Positions 57,616 to 64,000 of a stretch of DNA of 64,000 nucleotides are shown in pieces. Source of the DNA: a virus; the IMG/VR virus record IMGVR_UViG_3300044825_001015, positions 32,001 through 96,000 of that record. One strand, 5' to 3'. How positions within the stretch are numbered: the first letter of the stretch is position 1; every line of letters begins with the position of its first letter. The notes under the pieces were generated by a model. The model was given only the letters and a program-made list of their open reading frames with translations. It was not told where the DNA came from and ran no database searches. The position numbers and the translations under genes were made by a program.

Positions 57616-58095
57616 ATGCAAGTATTTTTACCAGAACCAGATTTTGATTACACAGCGCAGCAATTAGATACTAAGCGTTTAGTCAAGCAACTTCTAGAGG
57701 GTCGTCAGATTATGACAATTCTAGTAGGAGAATCTAAATCAAATGCCTGGAAGAATCATCCAGCCGTAAGAATGTTTGACGGCTATCCCGTAGCCCTGTA
57801 TACTTATCTTGCAGCCATTAGAAAAGAAATGGAGCGCAGGAATTATAAATGGGAAAAGAATTGGTATGAGATTCAGCGTATGGTCAGCGAACGCATCACA
57901 GAGACTGGAATACCGTACTGGATGCTGGACGACAATGCATTTTATCGTGTCATTGTTACCCACCGTGGTCGGCTATATGAAAAAGCCCCAGAACTTTACG
58001 GACAATATAGAACAGAATACGAAATGTACCAAGATTATGTATGCTGCCCAGGAAAATGCACATACTATTGGCCCACACATTTAGGAGAGAAATGA
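57616..58095 (+). CDS. Pyrimidine-dimer DNA glycosylase-like (DenV/MSMEG_6728 family)
   Basis: 'MQ.FLP..F..A..LD.KRL.KQ..E..Q', W.NHPAV.M and Y.WP motifs. Confidence 0.8.
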   Translation: MQVFLPEPDFDYTAQQLDTKRLVKQLLEGRQIMTILVGESKSNAWKNHPAVRMFDGYPVALYTYLAAIRKEMERRNYKWEKNWYEIQRMVSERITETGIPYWMLDDNAFYRVIVTHRGRLYEKAPELYGQYRTEYEMYQDYVCCPGKCTYYWPTHLGEK

Positions 58096-58415
58096 CATAT
58101 CTAACAGGAAATGTTAAGATCACAGAGGCTACAAAGTCTGAGCCTGTTTATTCTAGCAATAATATTAATATCACAGCATCCAATGCAAAGTCTGATGATA
58201 GACCATGGATGGCTTATTATGTAACTGCCGATGAATTCTTTGAGGTTCTGCGTATTGCATACGATGACACTTATGGCGGTGGATCAGATACCCCATGGCA
58301 CCCAGAGGACATGTACGTTAATGTCTCTTGTGTCCTAGAGGTAGTTACAAATACTTTATCAAACATGGCAAAACTTAGGTCAGGTCGCCAGGTAAAAGGA
58401 ATTAAGGAAGCATGA
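58092..58415 (+). CDS. Hypothetical protein
   Basis: SD AGGAGA before ATG 58092. Confidence 0.55.
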   Translation: MTYLTGNVKITEATKSEPVYSSNNINITASNAKSDDRPWMAYYVTADEFFEVLRIAYDDTYGGGSDTPWHPEDMYVNVSCVLEVVTNTLSNMAKLRSGRQVKGIKEA

Positions 58416-58597
58416 CAGAAGTTCAGCATGTAGCCAATGCTCTTATGAAGTCATGGTTTCCTAAGAGCCATAGCGATCAGTCCTGGCTAACTAGTGAAGA
58501 TGGTCAAAACTGGTATGACATAGCCATGCTAGATGCGGCGGTAGCAATAGATGCCTATTTAGATTGGCAGTTAAAGTACGGGGACGATCTTAAATAA
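58412..58597 (+). CDS. Hypothetical protein
   Basis: Translationally coupled ORF. Confidence 0.55.
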   Translation: MTEVQHVANALMKSWFPKSHSDQSWLTSEDGQNWYDIAMLDAAVAIDAYLDWQLKYGDDLK

Positions 58598-58794
58598 TGT
58601 ACGTTAAATGCTGGCAATGCTCAGAAAGTATTGATACAATTTCAGTAGAGAAGCAAATCTACAGTAATGTAATCAATGATCTGCGCGGGATGCTTTGCAA
58701 GAGTTCTATAGGTGACTCCTGCGATCTTGATTGGCGGCATGAAGATTGTAGAGTAATATCAGCACTTATTAAACACTATAAGGAAAAACTATGA
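58597..58794 (+). CDS. Hypothetical protein
   Basis: Translationally coupled ORF. Confidence 0.5.
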   Translation: MYVKCWQCSESIDTISVEKQIYSNVINDLRGMLCKSSIGDSCDLDWRHEDCRVISALIKHYKEKL

Positions 58795-58991
58795 AGGTAA
58801 CTGATTTAGAAGATATTGTTAGTCGTGTAGCACTAGACTTCTTTCATTTTAAGAATCCTGGGTTCTCAGCAATTGATAACCCAAAGAGCGTTCAGACCGC
58901 TATTGACGACACCGCTTTTGTTATTAATAAGTTTATTGGATATTTTAATCAGATGGCAGAAGGAGAAGTAAATGGCAAGTCAGGAAAATGA
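58791..58991 (+). CDS. Hypothetical protein
   Basis: Translationally coupled ORF. Confidence 0.5.
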   Translation: MKVTDLEDIVSRVALDFFHFKNPGFSAIDNPKSVQTAIDDTAFVINKFIGYFNQMAEGEVNGKSGK

Positions 58992-59148
58992 GGATCTTCT
59001 TAGGGATCTTAACATTGCAAGCCAGGATGTAAAGAAGGCAACCGCTGGAAAGTCTGGCGAGGGTGCTGAGAAGAAGTACGGTCAAGCCTACGCTGCTTGC
59101 GTTAAGGCAGGCATCAAGCCTCCCCTAAAGCGCAAGTACCGTCCATGA
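58972..59148 (+). CDS. Hypothetical protein (58 aa, not in ORF track)
   Basis: SD AAGGAG; MASQENEDLL... Confidence 0.55.
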   Translation: MASQENEDLLRDLNIASQDVKKATAGKSGEGAEKKYGQAYAACVKAGIKPPLKRKYRP

Positions 59149-59372
59149 AAAGTCCTTGCACTAGCAATAAGCATTCTGAATATACATGCCTCATAAAATG
59201 GGGAGTAAGCAGTAAGAAGTTTAAGGTAGAAAAGTGGTGTAAAGAATGCATACAGCATCATTCCCATACACATATCGTACAGGAATATCTCGCCACGAAT
59301 GAGCGCGAAAAAGAGAAACACACACCCAATAATGAGCCTAAGCCGCGACGCGGCAGAAAGAAGAAGACATGA
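59145..59372 (+). CDS. Hypothetical basic Cys/His protein
   Basis: Translationally coupled ORF. Confidence 0.5.
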   Translation: MKSPCTSNKHSEYTCLIKWGVSSKKFKVEKWCKECIQHHSHTHIVQEYLATNEREKEKHTPNNEPKPRRGRKKKT

Positions 59373-59611
59373 GAAACTTTGGAATTGTGGTCGGAAGATG
59401 GACGGGTATTTGGGCATGGGTATGGTATGCAGACATTATGCATGAATCAGATGATGTGCCGTATATGTCGTTCAATGCCCTCTCAAAGAGAGGGGCATTG
59501 CGTAAGGCCAAAAGATATATCCGCCGCCTGACTTCCCCCATCGAAGAGAAGAATGCATATATTTACTACTACGATGAGAACCAATTTAAAACTGGTAAAA
59601 TGGAAATATGA
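59369..59611 (+). CDS. Hypothetical protein
   Basis: Translationally coupled ORF. Confidence 0.5.
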   Translation: MRNFGIVVGRWTGIWAWVWYADIMHESDDVPYMSFNALSKRGALRKAKRYIRRLTSPIEEKNAYIYYYDENQFKTGKMEI

Positions 59612-60183
59612 GCGTATTATATAAAGATAACTTCTTATCTCAGGAAGAGATTGATATCTTCCTAGAATTTTACGACTTCATTGATAAGAATGATATGTGG
59701 GAGTCTTCCACCATGGATTTTTGGGATGGAAGAACGTTTGAATTCTCATATTATATGAAGACATTCGGGGATAGAGATAAATTTAAGTTCTTTATGTCAA
59801 TTCTCAAAAGAATGCAGCAGACAATAATGCATGAATTCGGCCTTATAGATATTATTTATGCCGATACAATGCAAATTGTCAAATGGAAAGATGGTACTGA
59901 GCAGCCCCCCCACGCAGACAATGTAGAGCAAGATGGGACTCCCAACGTAAGTCCATGGCGTCTATACTCAGGTATTATTTATCTCAATGATGACTATGAG
60001 GGTGGTCAGACTTATTTTCCGAACCTCAAGCAAGAGATAGAGCCTAAGGCTGGGAGACTTGGCATGTTCTATGCTGATTTAGAACACACCCACGGGGTGA
60101 AGAAAGTAGTTGGGGGAGAAAGAAAAACAATAATTACTTTCTGGAATCATGAGTTATTAAACAAGACACTAAGGTTAGGATAA
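59608..60183 (+). CDS. Prolyl-hydroxylase-like 2OG-Fe(II) oxygenase
   Basis: HAD, YLNDDYEGG and HGV..V..G.R motifs. Confidence 0.88.
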   Translation: MSVLYKDNFLSQEEIDIFLEFYDFIDKNDMWESSTMDFWDGRTFEFSYYMKTFGDRDKFKFFMSILKRMQQTIMHEFGLIDIIYADTMQIVKWKDGTEQPPHADNVEQDGTPNVSPWRLYSGIIYLNDDYEGGQTYFPNLKQEIEPKAGRLGMFYADLEHTHGVKKVVGGERKTIITFWNHELLNKTLRLG

Positions 60184-60300
60184 TTATGTTTAGTTTTGTA
60201 GGAGAGGCCGTCAATGGTGTTGTGGATAAGTTTGTCGATTGGCTAGTGCCACTTGATAACTTTGGTCCACTCACAGATGACGATGAAGTCTCTTGGTAAG

Positions 60301-60801
60301 ATGAGAAAATACTATGCCAGGGTAAAAGCACCAAGCGAGCATATCTGTCAATTCTACAGCCTTCCTAGGCTGTCTAAATTAGACTGGGTGCCGTTTGAGG
60401 GCTTTACTGGTTTTCTCATCCCAGAGGAAATTTGGGGGAAAGAAAAGTTCCTGGCAGCAGTAAAAGAAAGATATCCACAATCACTAGCCATCATAATGAG
60501 GCTGGAACCAGGAACCGCCTATACATGGCATAAGGATGTAGATAGATCGTTCACGATCAATATGCTGATGCATCGAAATGGGCATAGCCATACTGTATTC
60601 GGAGAAAAGGAATCTGATTACACTAATTCAATTCATGAATTAGATTATGAGCCAGGATATTTCTATCTATTCAATACCCAAGAATTGCATGAGGTATATA
60701 ATTTAGATGAGTATAGATATTTATTTACCATGAAAATCGTAACTGAGGATTCTTATGAAGATGTACTCAGTTGGGCGGAGGCGAAAGGGTGGCTGTATTA
60801 A
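60301..60801 (+). CDS. Cupin/2OG-oxygenase-like protein
   Basis: WHKD and 'FNTQELHEVYN..R' motifs. Confidence 0.6.
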   Translation: MRKYYARVKAPSEHICQFYSLPRLSKLDWVPFEGFTGFLIPEEIWGKEKFLAAVKERYPQSLAIIMRLEPGTAYTWHKDVDRSFTINMLMHRNGHSHTVFGEKESDYTNSIHELDYEPGYFYLFNTQELHEVYNLDEYRYLFTMKIVTEDSYEDVLSWAEAKGWLY

Positions 60802-61268
60802 AGTGGGCATCTTTCCTTGTAGGACTATGGATTATATCCTATACTATAACTACGATCATCTTGAGGATGAACAAGAAGCAATATAATATAACACACTACT
60901 ATCCACAGAATGCGATAAATATATGAGCGACTTAGATAAGATGCTTCAGGAAATGGAAAGGCTTCTCAAGAGGTACAGAAGGCTTCTGAATATCTCTACG
61001 CCTATCCTTGTGGGTATCTTTGTGTCGCTATTTTTTGCAGCATACATGGTCTATATCATAGGGATAAATTAATGAATCAGAATCCACATGGGGCAGTTGG
61101 AAGTGACTGTCTTACTACACTATTGGCGGGGGGATGCTTTATGATTCTCCTCTTTACTACTATAGTAATTATACTAGGATGGCTCTTTACATGAGTACAA
61201 AAGAAACACTAATGATAGCAATCTATTCTTTGGCTATTGTCTATTTGACAGCACGAATTGGCTATTTT

Positions 61269-61643
61269 TTGTCCACATAGGGCTATATACATGTGGATAA
61301 GTTGTGTATAACTTCATACAAATTGTGAATAAAGATATACAACTATTAAATTAATTGTGTAGGTGTAATGGGCCAAGATACACCCCCCATCGTAATGTCA
61401 AGAAAAATGGGGCATTTTTATAATATATTTACCAAATATGACCCCATATTATTTAATTATGCCAAATTCTGTAAAATTCCATGAAAAAATTAGCCCCTTC
61501 GTAATATGCCCAAAGATATCCACAATCTGTGGATAAAATGTGGGCGGGATATGTAATGTGTATCCTATATTTATCATATATAGTATATGTAAAGGATTAG
61601 ATCCAATTACCCCCCTGTGGATAACTTGTGGAAAATATCCACA
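61269..61643. other. DnaA-box cluster (putative replication origin)
   Basis: TGTGGATAA at 61292, 61528 and 61616; TGTGTATAA 61303; TGTGAATAA 61324; TGTGGAAAA 61627; TTGTCCACA 61269; ATATCCACA at 61516 and 61635. Confidence 0.7.
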
Positions 61644-61756
61644 AATTTCCATGATTTTTTTATGTCCGTCGTAATGTCTAATTAATTTTTTATATCGGCG
61701 CTATCTCCGAAATTTCTAAAAATTTCCATGATTTTTTATAAGCCGTCGTAATATGC
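61473..61756 (+). repeat. Three imperfect ~37-nt direct repeats AAAWTTCCATGA...CCKTCGTAAT
   Basis: Copies at 61473, 61643 and 61720; partial copy (CCATCGTAATGTC) near 61387. Confidence 0.75.
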
Positions 61757-61780
61757 TTGACAAATTTTATTGTCGGTGCC

Positions 61781-61798
61781 GCCACCGAAATCGGTGGC
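61781..61798 (-). terminator. Hairpin GCCACCGA-AA-TCGGTGGC downstream of minus-strand genes
   Basis: Perfect inverted repeat just past the stop of the 61806 gene. Confidence 0.5.
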
Positions 61799-61805
61799 TG
61801 TCAAG

Positions 61806-62054
61806 TCACAACATGAATGCAATCCAATTGTCAATCCAATCCTGCTGGGTCCAATTGTCAATATTGGCATATCGCTCTGGGGTGAACTGCTTGCGAATCT
61901 CCTCCGCCTCAGGGTACTTGGAAGGAATAGAGAATCCCCAAGGTGTGAAGTACCCATCCTCTGCGATAGCCTGCTTCACCTGGGCGGTGAAGTTGGGCTT
62001 ATCAAACTCAAGGATACCCATGTCAATCGCTGCAACTGCTTCATCAAATGTCAT
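61806..62054 (-). CDS. Hypothetical protein (MTFDEAVAAI...)
   Basis: Likely leaderless start 6 nt after TATAGT. Confidence 0.55.
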   Translation of the reverse strand: MTFDEAVAAIDMGILEFDKPNFTAQVKQAIAEDGYFTPWGFSIPSKYPEAEEIRKQFTPERYANIDNWTQQDWIDNWIAFML

Positions 62055-62060
62055 ATCCAT

Positions 62061-62090
62061 ACTATACACCCGCCCTCTGACATTAGTCAA
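62061..62090 (-). promoter_or_regulatory. Minus-strand promoter TTGACT-N18-TATAGT
   Basis: Seen on the reverse strand; the spacer contains AATGTCAG. Confidence 0.6.
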
Positions 62091-62240
62091 GAAAAGTGGT
62101 CTGGCTGCTAGGAATTTCAAGGCTCCTGCTTTAGTTAACGACTAGGGCGTCCCCTGATAGCCGCACCAGACCTTCTACCTTACCTACTCCAATATTGTAT
62201 CACTTCAACTTTTTGTACGTCAAGCCCTGGCTTGATGGGT

Positions 62241-62597
62241 CTACTCAGCCCCTCGCTGAACGAACGACGGAGCATATCGGCTTGTATAGTCTTCGATAGT
62301 TCCTCGGGCAGTTGTACCACCAGCCGCAAATCCACGACCAGGGTTGTAGTCGGGTACTTCTTCATAGTCATTCACCACCTCATGCATGATACGAGAGGCC
62401 ATCTCACCAATCACGGGATCGCCAATGCCATAGCGCCAGTCAATCTCGTTGAGCATGAACCATCCAATCGCAACCTTGTGCAACATAGCCGCAGGATATC
62501 CACCAGCAGTCTTTACTAGATTAGCAAACTGATATGGATTATAGAGCCTGTTATTTGCTGCCTCCACAAATGCTTTCGCTGCCTTTTCCTCTATCAT
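62241..62597 (-). CDS. Hypothetical protein
   Basis: SD GAAAGGA. Confidence 0.6.
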   Translation of the reverse strand: MIEEKAAKAFVEAANNRLYNPYQFANLVKTAGGYPAAMLHKVAIGWFMLNEIDWRYGIGDPVIGEMASRIMHEVVNDYEEVPDYNPGRGFAAGGTTARGTIEDYTSRYAPSFVQRGAE

Positions 62598-62623
62598 GAT
62601 ATCCTTTCGATGGGGAGTCTACA

Positions 62624-62986
62624 TTATACACGAACGAGCGGGTCTTTGCTAGTGGCAATGGAAGAAGGAGCCTTTACTCCCCCCTCGCATGTGCAGTACA
62701 TCATGTGGTAATGACAATCAAAACATGTAACAAACTCTATAACGTATCCCTCTTTACTACGACCCTTGAGTTTCTTAGGCTTGCGAACAGCAGTCATAGG
62801 TGGAACATGTGGACGGATAACAGCAGGCTCTACCTCAGGTAGACCATCGTCACGCTTTCCTGTACGTCCTTCTAGTTTCCCGCCCTCTTCTTGATAATCC
62901 TTCAGAGCAGTCATCATCTCAGCAGTAAAGCGACCACGCTCTCCTACTGTGAATCCCAGACTACGCAGATACTCACGCTTGTCCAT
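62624..62986 (-). CDS. Lsr2-like DNA-binding domain protein
   Basis: 'REYLRSLGFTVGERGRF' resembles the Lsr2 RGR AT-hook domain; C-terminal CxxC..C.C. Confidence 0.6.
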   Translation of the reverse strand: MDKREYLRSLGFTVGERGRFTAEMMTALKDYQEEGGKLEGRTGKRDDGLPEVEPAVIRPHVPPMTAVRKPKKLKGRSKEGYVIEFVTCFDCHYHMMYCTCEGGVKAPSSIATSKDPLVRV

Positions 62987-63203
62987 TCCATACTCCGTTC
63001 TCTGTCATGATCTCTACTTGTACCTCTAGGTTGTATTCAGCCTGAGTATAGAATCTGAAAGCAACATCAACCATTCTAAGCAGGGCAGCATCATTCAACA
63101 TAGCCGCCTCGTTCTCGTATGTCCTAAGATGGTCATGATCTTCTGAGTGTAGTTCCCACACATACCCGCCAGGACCACAGTCAATCTCTATAAACTTTAG
63201 CAT
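62973..63203 (-). CDS. Hypothetical protein
   Basis: Translationally coupled minus-strand ORF. Confidence 0.55.
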   Translation of the reverse strand: MLKFIEIDCGPGGYVWELHSEDHDHLRTYENEAAMLNDAALLRMVDVAFRFYTQAEYNLEVQVEIMTENGVWNGQA

Positions 63204-63562
63204 TAGATATCCATCCTTAGTTGTCCATCGACCTGATTAGCCCACTCCGCTTCCTCGCGCTCGTAGTCTGCCCACAACTCATCTGGCTCTGAGCAATCCC
63301 AGAAGAGCGCATCCCACAGACGCAACTCATCGCACATTGAGCGACCTGTCACCACCGCACCGTTAGGCAACTCATACTTACGATCAAACACAGTCTCATC
63401 AGAAAACTCGTAGTCCCAGTTATCTTGCATGTCTGCCCAACCTAGGATGTATGGATCGGAGTCACGCTGTAACTCATCGAATATCTCCTGCACGCGCAAC
63501 TGAATGTCATGCGGAATCGGCGGGTAGAAGTTAGCAGTAAGGTGCATGGTGATATCTGTCAT
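63203..63562 (-). CDS. Hypothetical acidic protein
   Basis: 'HL..NFYPPIP' motif; SD GGAGG. Confidence 0.6.
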   Translation of the reverse strand: MTDITMHLTANFYPPIPHDIQLRVQEIFDELQRDSDPYILGWADMQDNWDYEFSDETVFDRKYELPNGAVVTGRSMCDELRLWDALFWDCSEPDELWADYEREEAEWANQVDGQLRMDI

Positions 63563-63741
63563 TAGTCCTCCACAGGATCGACACTAACGGAATCTTGGAT
63601 ATAGCCGCCCTCAACAAGAATGGCGTCGGAATGATTATACTTGCCATTCCAGAAGTTCGCAAGAACATCGTCAAGCGTGTCTGCCTCTACGAACAAGTCC
63701 CACCAGTCCTCGGTTTGATAACTAATCTTATACTTAGGCAT
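63562..63741 (-). CDS. Hypothetical protein (MPKYKISY...)
   Basis: SD GGAGGT before ATG 63741. Confidence 0.55.
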   Translation of the reverse strand: MPKYKISYQTEDWWDLFVEADTLDDVLANFWNGKYNHSDAILVEGGYIQDSVSVDPVED

Positions 63742-64000
63742 AAGGAACCTCCAATGGAAGAACGAACCAGTCACCATCACCATGATTAGATCCATAGTCA
63801 ATGGCTTCATCCCTAGAAACGAACGGTCCATGAAGAGTATGACCATCGAAAGCATTACCAAATGCAACTATGTATTTCACAGTTCCTCCCCATTCTCATC
63901 CTGATAGATAATTCCATAGGAATCACCAAAGTCCTCATACACCCAATCTTCGATATACGCCAGCACTTCCTCTAGGGTAGGCTCATATGGCTCGGCATTA

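Noticed and set aside
61473-61756. ~37-nt repeats as a mini CRISPR array
   Set aside because: Repeats are degenerate, spacing is irregular (about 170 and 77 nt), and the intervals contain DnaA boxes.
1-64000. Stop-codon reassignment
   Set aside because: Long genes are intact under code 11, all three stops are used, and no suppressor tRNA was found.

Overview
This window is a segment of a large, AT-rich, long-tailed (siphovirus-type) phage genome. WhiB, an Lsr2-like protein, a DUF732-like lipoprotein and TTGTCCACA-type DnaA boxes point to an actinobacterial host, and the gene order resembles large lytic Streptomyces/freshwater actinophages. 1-24 kb: head-tail joining genes, major tail protein, a frameshifted tail assembly chaperone, a 2102-aa tape measure, baseplate and Ig/FN3 fibres. 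24-43 kb: replication and recombination genes (DnaB, primase, SSB, DnaE, RecA, resolvases, Cas4-like), IMPDH/GMPR and terminase. 43-61 kb: accessory region with 8 tRNAs, a candidate ncRNA, 2OG-Fe(II) oxygenases, a glycosyltransferase, a carbamoyltransferase, a lytic transglycosylase and an HslV-like protease. About 61.2-61.8 kb: DnaA-box/repeat cluster at the strand switch, followed by minus-strand early-type genes. Main hunt results: (1) five tRNAs are followed 1-2 nt later by a start codon, suggesting tRNA-punctuated leaderless expression; (2) a 131-nt closed-stem RNA sits between two tRNAs; (3) a K-x(1-2)-W-x-G-x-F terminal tag is shared by unrelated small acidic proteins; (4) an amidase appears to split the baseplate hub; (5) a possible RNA switch/uORF controls the transglycosylase; (6) an oriC-like DnaA-box array; (7) tRNA-Ile(UAU). 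All product calls come from motifs recognised by eye; no database searches were run.
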